The notes: generated by a model from the letters alone, not told the origin. A DNA stretch of 64,000 nucleotides from an uncultured Atopobium sp. (GCA_963550405.1 CAUVBV010000003.1:35335-99334); one strand, 5' to 3'; positions 1 through 9,361 are shown, numbered from the stretch's first letter. Numbers and translations: made by a program.

Positions 1-1180
1 GCTGGCCATCAATATTGAACTGAGCAAGGTTCTTGTACAGGTGCTCAGTTGCTGCCTTGACCTCGTCATCATTGAATGCGTAATGACCAGAAATATCAAG
101 AATATCCAGCGACAGTTTGTGATCAGCAAGAATCTGCTCAACAGTCAGATTGACCTGGTCACCCACCATCCACTTGCGCCAACGCTCAGTCTCAATTGCC
201 TTGACCAACAGGGTGTTTCTCAAGCCGGAAACCTCGTCTGCCTTCAGGAGACCTTCTTTAACCAGAAGATCTTCGACATCACAAAGCTTCAAATATGCGC
301 GAGTCTCCTCTGTTCCGTACTGTGGAGCTACGTTTGATGCGGTGACATTTGCAGGAGTGTGCTCAAGCAGCGTCACATCATCAAGGTAGTCTGCGTTGTG
401 CTCCTTAAGACCAACACCGTAGCTCTTGGCCATCTCAGCAAGGCTAATGGCAGCCTCAAAATCGTAGTGTCCAACCTGCTCGGTAAGACGCGTAAGCGTT
501 CCTGTCTGTCCAACAATAAAGGTTGGCATAGGCAGGCCTTTAGCGGTGAGCTCACTTTTAAGCTGCTCAATAAAGGTATGGTACTTATCGGTAGAGGTTA
601 GTCCGCCGTTTGTTTCCTCGGTACCAACCTCATAGCCAATCTCAGGAAGACCGCGAGAAACACGTTCTTTCTCGCACCACTCAATCAAATCAACCGTACG
701 GCGAAGAACCACATCAAGCGGAATAACCTTGCCAATCTCAAAAGGATCTTTAGTTGGGTCAATCATCAGCAGGTCAAAGCCGTTAAGCATATCAGCAAGA
801 TAGGACTTCTTGGCAAGCTCCATAGCCTCATCTTCTGGAAGGTGAGCATTGCGTTCCTCATCGCGCTGCCAAGGACCGCCGTGATCACGGCAGAGATAAT
901 ACAGACCGTCAAAACCAACCTTCTGAGCTGCTTCAGCAATATCTTCCGAGAAACGCTTTTGATCCCAAGAATTTACGTATCCTCCACCAAGTTCATCAAG
1001 ATCTACCTGGTTTCGCGATGCAATAAACATCAGAGGAAAATCGCAGTCTCTACCAAGTTCAAAAGCTGCTTGCAACAGGTTGGGCGACATTGGTCCAATT
1101 CCTAAAAGCGTAGCGGACTTTCCTGTGTCCTGGAGCTTAAGCAACCCTTCAACAGCTTTTTTGATTGGTAGCTTTTCCAT
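1..1180 (-). CDS. GatZ/KbaZ-family protein (tagatose-bisphosphate aldolase non-catalytic subunit / tagatose-6-P kinase-like); 3' end lies outside the window
   Basis: Absent from the ORF track because it runs off the window. My translation of the minus strand from ATG 1180-1178 (SD GGAAGGGG just upstream) stays open to nt 1: MEKLPIKKAVEGLLKLQDTGKSATLLGIGPMSPNLLQAAFELGRDCDFPLMFIASRNQVD..GGYVN..CRDHGGPW... The layout parallels E. coli GatZ (..IEATSNQVNQFGGYTG..LGGDHLGP..). Confidence 0.65.
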   Translation of the reverse strand, partial: MEKLPIKKAVEGLLKLQDTGKSATLLGIGPMSPNLLQAAFELGRDCDFPLMFIASRNQVDLDELGGGYVNSWDQKRFSEDIAEAAQKVGFDGLYYLCRDHGGPWQRDEERNAHLPEDEAMELAKKSYLADMLNGFDLLMIDPTKDPFEIGKVIPLDVVLRRTVDLIEWCEKERVSRGLPEIGYEVGTEETNGGLTSTDKYHTFIEQLKSELTAKGLPMPTFIVGQTGTLTRLTEQVGHYDFEAAISLAEMAKSYGVGLKEHNADYLDDVTLLEHTPANVTASNVAPQYGTEETRAYLKLCDVEDLLVKEGLLKADEVSGLRNTLLVKAIETERWRKWMVGDQVNLTVEQILADHKLSLDILDISGHYAFNDDEVKAATEHLYKNLAQFNIDGQ

Positions 1181-1309
1181 AATTACCCCTTCCCAAGAGT
1201 GTTTCTTGGTAATAAGAAGGGCGTGGGGGTTGAATCCCTACGCCCCTCTCCTTTTAACTTCAATTTTTATGGCCTAAGACCAAAAGGTACATGCGTTTCT
1301 CGCCGTGTA

Positions 1310-2413
1310 TTACTTGTTGTCCTCAAGCTTTGGCTTAGTAAGAACAAGAATTGCAACACCTACTGCAACACCAATTGCCATATCAAGGGTGTAGAGGGCA
1401 ATGTTGTTTGTAGCTGCAGCAACAATCATGCCACCGTGGGGAACAAAGCACTCAATACCATGCCAAGCAGCAAGGCCAGCACCAACTGCAGAACCAATCA
1501 TGATTGCTGGCAGGGTGTGTGCAAGATCCTTAACAGCAAATGGAATTGCACCCTCGGTAATGCCGATGAGTCCCATGAAGACTGCGGAGATACCCATCTG
1601 CCTATCAGTGTCGTCAAACTTGCTGCGAGCAATAAGAGATGCAACACCGCAGACCAGTGGAGGAATAGCAACTGCAACACGGAATGCACCGTTAGGACCA
1701 TAGACACCTGCGGTCATAAGAGCCATGGTGAAGGTAGAAGCAGTCTTGTTAACTGGGCCGCCCATATCAAATGCGGTCATAAGGCCAATTACAATGCCGA
1801 GTACAACTGCAGAGCCACCCTGAAGGCTTGAAAGCAGGTTTGTCAGCCAGTCCATGAAGGCGCCAAGTGGAGCCGCCAAAACATAGATGTAAAGCATGCC
1901 AAGAGCAAGCGAAGACAAGCTTGGGATGATCAGAATTGGCATGATGGTGCGGATGGTGTTATTAACCTTCCAGCTCTTCATCCACTGAACAAGGTAGCCG
2001 GCAGCAACGCCAAGAACCATTGCACCCAAGAAACCGGTAGAAACCTGAACCTCACCTACAGGAACAGGATTGCTTGCCAGGTAACCAAGGACAAAACCAG
2101 GTGCCAGAGCAGGCTTTCCGCCCAAAGAATAGGCAATGTAAGCAGCAAGGACAGGAATCATCATCTTGATGCCAGCCATACCAATAAGGTTGAGACTCTG
2201 CATCAAAGGATTGGTGACTTCAATACCGTCTTTTCCTGCAGTTCCCGTAGCAAGCGAGAATGCCAAGAAGACTCCGCCAACTACGACAATAGGAATAAAG
2301 TACGAAACACCAGTGTTAAACGCCTTTAGAAGGTCTTTGCCGACCTTGCCCAAAACTGAGGGACTCTTTTCCTCTGCCATGGGTTTCTCCTCTCTTCTTC
2401 CTTGCGTTATCAC
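1310..2413 (-). CDS. PTS fructose-family EIIC permease component
   Basis: 367-aa polytopic membrane protein. It has the typical Fru-family EIIC length and motifs (..FDMGGPVNKTA.., ..GITEGAIPFA..) and lies directly downstream of an EIIB gene. Confidence 0.85.
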   Translation of the reverse strand: MITQGRREEKPMAEEKSPSVLGKVGKDLLKAFNTGVSYFIPIVVVGGVFLAFSLATGTAGKDGIEVTNPLMQSLNLIGMAGIKMMIPVLAAYIAYSLGGKPALAPGFVLGYLASNPVPVGEVQVSTGFLGAMVLGVAAGYLVQWMKSWKVNNTIRTIMPILIIPSLSSLALGMLYIYVLAAPLGAFMDWLTNLLSSLQGGSAVVLGIVIGLMTAFDMGGPVNKTASTFTMALMTAGVYGPNGAFRVAVAIPPLVCGVASLIARSKFDDTDRQMGISAVFMGLIGITEGAIPFAVKDLAHTLPAIMIGSAVGAGLAAWHGIECFVPHGGMIVAAATNNIALYTLDMAIGVAVGVAILVLTKPKLEDNK

Positions 2414-2424
2414 TTATGCGCTTG

Positions 2425-2763
2425 CTACTCAGCCAGCGCAACTACCTGATCAATAACCTTTGCTGGATCTGCAATAGCCAGCGATGGATCCAGCGTAAGA
2501 ACACGACCCTCATCGCGTTTCTCGTCAAAACGCTCGTCGCCTTCGATGCCAATTGCAATGGCGAGAAGAACAACGTCAGCAGCGTCAACTTCGTCCTGTT
2601 CAAGCTCGTTCTCAATGCCATAACCGCCTTGAGCCTCTACCTTGAATTCATAGCCGCGACGCTCACACTCTTTCTCAATGGCCTCTTTTGCCATCCAGGT
2701 GTGAGCAATTCCAACCGTGCAAGCGCATACAGCAACGACGTTCATGGTTATGTCCTCTCGCAA
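2425..2763 (-). CDS. PTS fructose-family EIIB component
   Basis: 112 aa. The N-terminal VVAVCACTVGIAHTWMAKEAIE matches the Fru-type EIIB phospho-cysteine loop (C-x-T-G-I-A-H-T). It is followed by an E/D-rich alpha/beta fold. Confidence 0.85.
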   Translation of the reverse strand: MREDITMNVVAVCACTVGIAHTWMAKEAIEKECERRGYEFKVEAQGGYGIENELEQDEVDAADVVLLAIAIGIEGDERFDEKRDEGRVLTLDPSLAIADPAKVIDQVVALAE

Positions 2764-2905
2764 AGTAAGTTGTGAGCCCCTATGCGGGGCGCACGAGCAC
2801 GTCTTTTACGACGTACGTTTCCAACTCATACTTTGCATTGTTTCAATCTTTTTTAAAAGAGGATTTCGGTAAACGTCTAATCTACCTTGTGTTATGATGA
2901 ATTTT

Positions 2906-2919
2906 GTTAAACGTTTAAC
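2906..2919. promoter_or_regulatory. Candidate LacI-family operator (perfect 14-bp palindrome GTTAAACGTTTAAC with central CG)
   Basis: Read directly in the 227-bp divergent spacer between the EIIB gene and the LacI gene. The extended form is TGTTAAACGTTTAACC. LacI/GalR operators are 14-18 bp palindromes with a central CG. Confidence 0.5.
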
Positions 2920-2990
2920 CAACGTGAAATCCAGCACACTCACTAACGTTGGTATTTTGCAAGTACATTGTAAAAATTTCGGTGAAATGA

Positions 2991-3995
2991 GTGCCAATGT
3001 CTAAGACCACTATCATTGACCTTGCAAAATTAGCAAATGTGTCTATTGCTACCGTTTCGAATTACCTTAACGGACACTTTGAAAAGATGTCCGAAGCAAC
3101 TAAACAACGTATCAAAAAAGCAATCGAAAATACGGGATATATTCCAAGCGCCCAAGCTCAAGCAATGGTTAAGAAGAGCTCTGGAATTATTGCTGTTCTC
3201 ATCCTGGACAACACTAATGCCTGGGCAGCTCAAATGACTAACGGTATTGAAGATGCTGCTCTTGAAGCTGGATATCAGACAATTATTTGCAATTCTCGTT
3301 TTGACCCCACGCTTGAAGCTGACTGGGTTGAGAAAATGCTTTCAATTGGAGCAGATGGCATGCTTATCCAGCCCACCAATCAATTCAGAGCAGTAGATAG
3401 ACGAATTGCTAAAGTTGGAAAACCCGTTGTCTATTTTGACTGCGACCTTCTTGCCCTTAATACTTCCTGGATAAAAAGTAACCTCTACGACGGCGTTTAT
3501 TCAGCAGCGTCACACTGCGTTGAACACGGATACGAAAACTTTTTAATCATTGGTGGAGAGCCAAAAGGTCGTACCAGAATTGAACGAGAATCTGGCTTCA
3601 CTGATGCCTTAGAGGCCTTACATAAACCTCATGAGCGTCTCACCATAGAGCAAAGCACGCTGTCTATCTCTGACATCACGCAATGGCTCAATAATCACAT
3701 TCTTCCATCAAAGAAAACGCTGGTATTTGTACCAAATCAATGGGCTCTTAAAAGTGTCTATAATGCCCTGCAGTCCTACGAGACAGTAATTCCAAAGCAA
3801 GTTGGCCTGTTGGGATTCAACAACACTGATTGGACTGACCTGCCCGTTAAAAGCATCTCAACCATTGTCGAGCCTGTCTATGAAGAGGGCTACGCAGCTT
3901 GCAAGATGCTCCTTAAAAGAATCAAAGATTCCTCGCTTGAGCCTGAACATAAGCTGCTCACCTGCAAACTAAACTGGCTCAAATCAACCATCTGA
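2991..3995 (+). CDS. LacI/GalR-family transcriptional regulator
   Basis: N-terminal HTH TIIDLAKLANVSIATVSNYLNG, followed by a periplasmic-binding-protein-like sugar-binding core. The start is GTG 2991 or ATG 2997. Confidence 0.9.
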   Translation: MPMSKTTIIDLAKLANVSIATVSNYLNGHFEKMSEATKQRIKKAIENTGYIPSAQAQAMVKKSSGIIAVLILDNTNAWAAQMTNGIEDAALEAGYQTIICNSRFDPTLEADWVEKMLSIGADGMLIQPTNQFRAVDRRIAKVGKPVVYFDCDLLALNTSWIKSNLYDGVYSAASHCVEHGYENFLIIGGEPKGRTRIERESGFTDALEALHKPHERLTIEQSTLSISDITQWLNNHILPSKKTLVFVPNQWALKSVYNALQSYETVIPKQVGLLGFNNTDWTDLPVKSISTIVEPVYEEGYAACKMLLKRIKDSSLEPEHKLLTCKLNWLKSTI

Positions 3996-4056
3996 CAAAA
4001 ATGGCGAGAAGACCAACTGATCTTCTCGCCATACGTTACTGCTTTAACCAAAGCGC

Positions 4057-5136
4057 TTACAGAACGTGGACCTCATCTTTGGTGAAGTCAACAAAGGCGT
4101 GGTCACCAACGTTGTAAATCTTGTGGGTACGAGGATTGAAGTCCGTAATCTTGATGAGAGTATCGCCTACCATAACGTGGTAGTTCTGGTAGTGACCCAT
4201 GAATCGAGAAAGAACTACCTCACAGGCAAGTGTTCCCTCGTCAGCAAGGCGTGCAGACTCTGGACGAAGAACAATGCAGCATTCCTTACCCTTGTCCAGG
4301 TGAGAACATCCGCTGACCTCAAACTCATGGCCCTCAAAGCGGCAAAGAGCAGTCTCAGAATCAAGCTTGTCTGCAATGGTTGCATGCAGGAAGTTTGACT
4401 CACCAATAAAGTCTGCAACAAACTCGTCTGCTGGGTGATAGTAAACCGTCTGAGGATCGCCAACTTGGTCCACAACACCCTTTTTCATAATGATGATGTT
4501 GTCTGAAAGCGCCATTGCCTCTGACTGGTCATGTGTGACGTAGATGGCGGTAATACCAGCCTCTTGCTGGATGCGACGGATCTCGTTACGCATGTCAACG
4601 CGGAGCTTAGCGTCAAGGTTTGAGAGAGGCTCGTCAAAGAGGAGCACGCTTGGTTCAATAACCAGAGCACGTGCCAAAGCAACACGCTGCTGCTGACCAC
4701 CAGAAAGCTGGTTGGTCATGCGCTCTTCCATGCCCTCAAGTCCAACAAGACCAAGGATGTGAAGGACCTTCTCGCGAATTACTGCCTTGTCCATTTTGCG
4801 AAGCTTGAGGCCATAGGCAACATTGTCAAAGATGTTGTAGTGAGGAAGTAGCGCATAGCTCTGGAACACCATGGCAGTATCGCGCTTGTTTGGAGTAAGC
4901 TCATCAATCTGCTCGTCGCCAAGGAAGATCTTTCCCTCATCAGGGCTCTCAAAACCAGCAATCATGCGCAGAATAGTGGTCTTTCCGCAGCCAGAAGGAC
5001 CAAGCAGCGTTACAAACTCACCAGGAGCAATGGTGATATTAGCGTCTTGAACTGCGTAGAAGTCTTTTCCAGTCTTCTGATCCTGATAAATCTTGGAAAT
5101 GTGCTCAAGGCGAACGCCTTTTTTCTCTGTAGCCAT
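4057..5136 (-). CDS. ABC transporter ATP-binding protein (FbpC/PotA/AfuC type)
   Basis: Walker A GPSGCGKTT, signature LSGGQQQRVALARAL, Walker B LLFDEPLSNLD, and a C-terminal TOBE-like domain. The stop is 3 nt from the permease gene. Confidence 0.9.
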   Translation of the reverse strand: MATEKKGVRLEHISKIYQDQKTGKDFYAVQDANITIAPGEFVTLLGPSGCGKTTILRMIAGFESPDEGKIFLGDEQIDELTPNKRDTAMVFQSYALLPHYNIFDNVAYGLKLRKMDKAVIREKVLHILGLVGLEGMEERMTNQLSGGQQQRVALARALVIEPSVLLFDEPLSNLDAKLRVDMRNEIRRIQQEAGITAIYVTHDQSEAMALSDNIIIMKKGVVDQVGDPQTVYYHPADEFVADFIGESNFLHATIADKLDSETALCRFEGHEFEVSGCSHLDKGKECCIVLRPESARLADEGTLACEVVLSRFMGHYQNYHVMVGDTLIKITDFNPRTHKIYNVGDHAFVDFTKDEVHVL

Positions 5137-5139
5137 GTG

Positions 5140-6849
5140 TTACTCCTCCTTGAGTGCTCGGCTGGTGCCAAAGTGTTTGATGGCCCAATTCATAAGCAAT
5201 ACCGAGCCATAGGTAATAACAATCAGAATTGTTGCAAAGGCGCAGGCCATACCATATGAACCCTTACCAGCAAACTCATTAATCTGAACGGTGATGAGCA
5301 GGAACTCTGGTGTGACCAAGAGGATAACTGCAGAAATTGCGGTGATGGAGCGGACAAACGCCGTTACCAAGCCAGACAAGAACGAATCTTTAATCAGCGG
5401 CAACGTGACAGTCATAAACACCGTAAAGCTGTCGGCGCCCATGTCGTATGCGGACTCCTCAATTGATTTATCAATCTGTCGAAGTGCCGAGATGCCCGAG
5501 CGTGTTCCTGTAGGAAGCGAACGCACGACAAAGACAATAATCAGGATAAGTCCCGTGCCATACAGGCCTTGCAAAAATCCTGTGTGCATAACACCGCTTG
5601 AGAAACCGCGAATATAGCCAACGCCCAAAACCGTACCAGGGACTGCCATAGCAAGCATGGATACAGCCTCGATAAAACCACGGCCACGGAAGCGACGTTT
5701 TACTACCAGATAAGAAATGATCATCGAAAGCAAAGCGGTAATTGGTGCCGCAATGAGCGAGAGCATAAACGAGTCACTAAACGCCTGCAGACCGTGGTAC
5801 TTGGTAAATACCTGCTCAAACCACTTTGTTGTTAACTCGTAATTAGAGCCCCAGGAACGAACAAACGAACCATAAGGAACGCAGAGGTACATGCCAATAA
5901 CAAAGAGAGCAACCAACGCGCAAAGAATGGTAAGTGGAATGCGAACTGAGTTGTCTGTAATAAGCATCCTAGCTCGCGTTGCTTTGCCCGAAAGTGTAGA
6001 CGTGCTCTTTGCTTCCAGTACAAACTTCTGAACAACAAACATAAGCAGCGTAATGGAAAGAAGAACAACAGCCATAGCAGCCGCGCCTTGCTTGTCGTAC
6101 GCGCCTGTAATCTGCAGGTAGATAGTTGTTGCCAAGGTATCGTAGGAGCCACCAATAATCATTGGATTTGCAAAGTCTGCAATTGACTCAATAAATGAGA
6201 CGAGAAAAGCATTGCCTAGGCCAGGCAAAATAAGAGGAAGTGTAACGCTAGTAAATACCTTCCAGCGGCTTGCACCCATGTCACGTGCTGCTTCTTCAAG
6301 GGATGGGTCAATGTTTTTAAGCAGACCCTTAAGCATCATGTAGCACACAGGGAAGAATGACATGGTCTGAACAATAAAAATGCCCCAGAAACCATAGATG
6401 TTGTTGTCAAAAATTCCCAAAAGACCTCGAGTAATCAGGCCTTTCTTACCAAACATCATGATCATGGAAAGCGAGAGAACAAATGGCGGAGAAACAACAG
6501 GAAGCATGGAAACCACGCGGAAAAGTCCTGTCATAAACTTTGTACGAAGCTTTACGTACACTTCAACATATGCAAAAAGAAGACCAATAAGCGCTGATAA
6601 AATGCCTACCGCAAAACCAACTCTGAGCGTATTGGTAATTGCGCGATCAAACGAAGGCAAAGCCAAGATACGCGTAAATACATCAAAGCTAATCCCATTT
6701 TCGGAGACTACAGAGTCAACCATAAGAATGGCAAGTGGATACAAAATAAAAAGGGTTAAGAAGGCGATAAGAACGACAATGGTCGTTATCAAAATTGGAT
6801 CGCCAAGGAGCTTTTTTCGCTCAAGTCGAGCGCTCTGGGATTTTGCCAT
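5140..6849 (-). CDS. ABC transporter permease, duplicated (two fused 6-TM halves; FbpB/AfuB/ThiP type)
   Basis: 569-aa polytopic protein with two EAA-like loops (LEEAARDMGASRWKVF and IEESAYDMGADSFTVF). Confidence 0.85.
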   Translation of the reverse strand: MAKSQSARLERKKLLGDPILITTIVVLIAFLTLFILYPLAILMVDSVVSENGISFDVFTRILALPSFDRAITNTLRVGFAVGILSALIGLLFAYVEVYVKLRTKFMTGLFRVVSMLPVVSPPFVLSLSMIMMFGKKGLITRGLLGIFDNNIYGFWGIFIVQTMSFFPVCYMMLKGLLKNIDPSLEEAARDMGASRWKVFTSVTLPLILPGLGNAFLVSFIESIADFANPMIIGGSYDTLATTIYLQITGAYDKQGAAAMAVVLLSITLLMFVVQKFVLEAKSTSTLSGKATRARMLITDNSVRIPLTILCALVALFVIGMYLCVPYGSFVRSWGSNYELTTKWFEQVFTKYHGLQAFSDSFMLSLIAAPITALLSMIISYLVVKRRFRGRGFIEAVSMLAMAVPGTVLGVGYIRGFSSGVMHTGFLQGLYGTGLILIIVFVVRSLPTGTRSGISALRQIDKSIEESAYDMGADSFTVFMTVTLPLIKDSFLSGLVTAFVRSITAISAVILLVTPEFLLITVQINEFAGKGSYGMACAFATILIVITYGSVLLMNWAIKHFGTSRALKEE

Positions 6850-6900
6850 GCTGGTCCTAACTCTGAAACACTAAACCTATACGCAAAGCTCTATGTGGAA

Positions 6901-6928
6901 CTGGGTAGGCAGATCTCTGCCTACCCAG
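6901..6928. other. Intercistronic stem-loop between the SBP and permease genes
   Basis: CTGGGTAGGCAGA-TCT-CTGCCTACCCAG, with 12-13 bp arms and no flanking T-run. This is typical of mRNA-stabilising hairpins downstream of binding-protein genes. Confidence 0.4.
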
Positions 6929-6987
6929 TATAATCTGCCACTCAAAGCTTGAGCAACAACATTGTTTATTGCGTGCTGGCGCTGGTT

Positions 6988-8127
6988 TTACTCTGTCTTA
7001 AAGCGGCTATCTCCGCCACCAAGAGCTTCCATAACGTCCTTGACATACTGCTCGGTGTGCTTCTTGGCATCCTCGAAGTTGTAGTCCATAACGTTGTTTG
7101 GATCAAGGCCGTACTCAGTAGCAATCTCAGGCTGCTTTGCGTCGTCAATTACCAGGAACTGATAAGAGCCATTCTTCTGAGCAAGGTCAACGCATGCTGG
7201 TGAAAGTGCATACTCAATCCAGAGTTTAGCTGCGTTTGGATGTGCAGCACCCTTGAAGATTGCGGTTGCGCCAACCTCGTATGATGCGCCAGAGCTTGGA
7301 ATCTGAAGACCAACATTCTCATGCTCTTGATCAACAATCTGATAAATGCCGTCATGGAGCATACCAATTCCGATGGTGCACTCGCCTGTTCCGATAGCCT
7401 TGGAAGGACCAGAACCGCTCTTGGTGTACTGAGCAATGTTCTTATCAAGATCAACAAGATACTGAATACCCTGGTCATGACCGTACTTCTGAATAACGGT
7501 GTTGATGATCAGCTTTGCAGTACCTGCGGTGTTGTAGTTAGAAGACCAAATAAGGCCCTTATATTTAGGATCGATAAGATCTTTGTAATCCTGAGGAACA
7601 TCAAGCTTAAGGCGCTCAAGCTCTTCCTTATCGTACAGAAAACCGAGAATGCCCTTATAAATTCCGTACCAGTCTTTGTTGGTGCTCTTGAACTTATCGG
7701 AAATAAGATGTGATGCATTCTTTGGCTCATACTGCTCAAGAAGACCCTTTGAAGAAGTGACATTGTAAGGATCGGTTGTTCCGCCAAACCAGACGTCAGC
7801 TGATGGATGACCGTTCTCTTCCTCAATCTTTGCAGCAACTTCTCCAGTTGAGAGACGCTGTGCCTGAACATCAATGCCGTACAGGCTCTTGAAGTTTGCA
7901 CAAACTGCGTTTAGGTACTCTTCCTCGCAAGAGCCATAAACAATTAGCTTACCTTCTTCTTTTGCTGCCTTTACCAGCTCTTCTGGTGCACCAACAGCAT
8001 CGGTAGAGTTGGTGTCAGATTCTTTTTTCTCGCTAGTATCAGAATCGGACTTTTTGCAGGCGGTGATACCCAAACCTGCTACAACTGCGCTGACACCAAA
8101 AAAGTTGCGACGAGTAAGGTTTGACAT
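6988..8127 (-). CDS. ABC transporter substrate-binding lipoprotein (Fe3+/Afu-type family 1 SBP)
   Basis: The N-terminus MSNLTRRNFFGVSAVVAGLGITAC carries a twin-arginine motif and a lipobox Cys. It is the first gene of the SBP-permease-ATPase operon. Confidence 0.85.
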   Translation of the reverse strand: MSNLTRRNFFGVSAVVAGLGITACKKSDSDTSEKKESDTNSTDAVGAPEELVKAAKEEGKLIVYGSCEEEYLNAVCANFKSLYGIDVQAQRLSTGEVAAKIEEENGHPSADVWFGGTTDPYNVTSSKGLLEQYEPKNASHLISDKFKSTNKDWYGIYKGILGFLYDKEELERLKLDVPQDYKDLIDPKYKGLIWSSNYNTAGTAKLIINTVIQKYGHDQGIQYLVDLDKNIAQYTKSGSGPSKAIGTGECTIGIGMLHDGIYQIVDQEHENVGLQIPSSGASYEVGATAIFKGAAHPNAAKLWIEYALSPACVDLAQKNGSYQFLVIDDAKQPEIATEYGLDPNNVMDYNFEDAKKHTEQYVKDVMEALGGGDSRFKTE

Positions 8128-8277
8128 TAGAACTCTTTTCTCTCCTTGTGGTTACCCACAGCGCCAATGAAAAGAACATACTCCTGTGTAAATCGTACTC
8201 AAACTTTTTCGAAAATATTTCAACTATTCGATAAGTGGCTGATATTAGCGGCTATCGGTATGTTTTTAACGTCTAAG

Positions 8278-8307
8278 CAAAAAGGCCAGGGAGAAATTCC
8301 CTGGCCT
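8278..8307 (-). terminator. Rho-independent terminator of the tRNA-Ile/tRNA-Ala operon
   Basis: AGGCCAGGG / CCCTGGCCT stem, followed on the minus strand by TTTTT. Confidence 0.65.
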
Positions 8308-8315
8308 TGAACATT

Positions 8316-8391
8316 TGGTGGAGAATAGGGGGATCGAACCCCTGACCTCAGGCTTGCAAAGCCCGCGCTCTCCCAGCTGAGCTAATTCCCC
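8316..8391 (-). tRNA. tRNA-Ala(TGC), CCA encoded
   Basis: The reverse complement GGGGAATTAGCTCAGCTGGGAGAGCGCGGGCTTTGCAAGCCTG..TTCGATCCCCTATTCTCCACCA folds as a cloverleaf. The anticodon loop is TTTGCAA and the Ala identity pair G3:U70 is present. Confidence 0.95.
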
Positions 8392-8479
8392 GTACTGACT
8401 TCTGGTTGGGCCCAGAAGGTTTTAATAATCACCCCAACGGCGACTCGGCTAACGTTGGGGTGACTATTGTCACATAAAG

Positions 8480-8556
8480 TGGTGGGCCTGACAAGGTTTG
8501 AACTTGTGACCTCCCGGTTATCAGCCGGACGCTCTGACCAACTGAGCTACAGGCCC
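8480..8556 (-). tRNA. tRNA-Ile(GAT), CCA encoded
   Basis: Reverse complement GGGCCTGTAGCTCAGTTGGTCAGAGCGTCCGGCTGATAACCGGGAGGTCACAAGTTCAAACCTTGTCAGGCCCACCA. The anticodon loop is CTGATAA. Confidence 0.95.
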
Positions 8557-8569
8557 AACGCAGGGAAAA

Positions 8570-8598
8570 ATAATACCTCCATAATTCTCATAGGTCAA
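8570..8598 (-). promoter_or_regulatory. Sigma-70-type promoter for the tRNA-Ile/tRNA-Ala operon
   Basis: The minus strand reads TTGACC, a 17-nt spacer, then TATTAT. The -10 element ends about 13 nt upstream of the tRNA-Ile 5' end. Confidence 0.55.
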
Positions 8599-8724
8599 CA
8601 CTTTTTTTGTTTTGTTTTAAACTTTCTTGAAACTGGGTATGAAATGAGAACAGAAAGTCGTAGACTATCTGCCCAAAGATTGATAAAAGACGTGCTATTT
8701 GGAGTGTTTGTGTCACTGAAGCGT

Positions 8725-9216
8725 ATGGACATACAGACAGTTGTTGTCGGAGGAGGACCCATCTCTTCCGTAATTGTTCTGCGTCTTCATGACCCACGTG
8801 GCGTCTCTTCTTTAAGTCTTCCTATCAAGATTGGCAACATCGAGGCATCTGCTATCAGCCTTGGCATTGATCAAGAATCTACCGAGAGGCCTCTAACGCA
8901 TGACCTTCTCCGCTCCGTTCTTGATTCTCTAGATGCAGATATTAAAAGCGTACGCATTGTGGGTGTCCGCGGCACCACGTTTTTCTCGCAAATTGAGCTC
9001 ATCTCTAAAGAGGGAGAGCATATTTACGTGGACGCGCGCCCATCCGACGCAATTGCGCTGGCAGTAAGAACAAACGCTCCCATCTTTGCAGACGAGAGCG
9101 TTCTAGAAATTGCTGCTGCTCCTGACTTTACTGATGTCGAGAAGGACGTTCAGGCCCAAGAGCTTGAGGAATTCCGTCAGTTTATTGAGGATGTCTCCCC
9201 TGATGATTTCTCATAA
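8725..9216 (+). CDS. Bifunctional nuclease (BFN/DUF151) family protein
   Basis: ..VRIVGVRGTTFFSQIELISKEGEHIYVDARPSDAIALAVRTNAPIFADESVLE.. matches the DUF151 core (the RPSDAIALA motif). The track ORF starts at 8467 but its first ~30 codons overlap tRNA-Ile on the opposite strand. The likely start is ATG 8725 (MDIQTVVV), with ATG 8644 as an alternative. Confidence 0.7.
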   Translation: MDIQTVVVGGGPISSVIVLRLHDPRGVSSLSLPIKIGNIEASAISLGIDQESTERPLTHDLLRSVLDSLDADIKSVRIVGVRGTTFFSQIELISKEGEHIYVDARPSDAIALAVRTNAPIFADESVLEIAAAPDFTDVEKDVQAQELEEFRQFIEDVSPDDFS

Positions 9217-9299
9217 ATCCTGCTCTATGGCTTACTTTTATACAATTGACTCATCTTTTATATAAAAATCATTACCGTTAGTGTGCTGATTTTCTCGGT

Positions 9300-9338
9300 A
9301 AACGAAAAGAGCTCAAGGGAATTACCCCTTGAGCTCTT
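9300..9338 (-). terminator. Rho-independent terminator downstream of gyrA
   Basis: 13-bp stem AAGAGCTCAAGGG / CCCTTGAGCTCTT (9307-9319 / 9326-9338), followed on the minus strand by a T-run. Confidence 0.65.
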
Positions 9339-9361
9339 CAAATTACGTATAGCTGAAATGC

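Noticed and set aside
6901-6928. Inverted repeat CTGGGTAGGCAGA/TCTGCCTACCCAG considered as a mobile-element end or REP-like repeat
   Set aside because: It is a single copy in this window and sits exactly between the SBP and permease genes. It is better explained as an mRNA-stabilising intercistronic hairpin.
8467-8724. N-terminal 86 codons of the track ORF 8467-9216
   Set aside because: The first part overlaps tRNA-Ile(GAT) and its promoter on the opposite strand. The translation (..GLTRFELVTSRLSAGRSDQLSYRP..) is the typical artefact of reading through a tRNA gene. The DUF151 homology begins near MDIQTVVV (8725).
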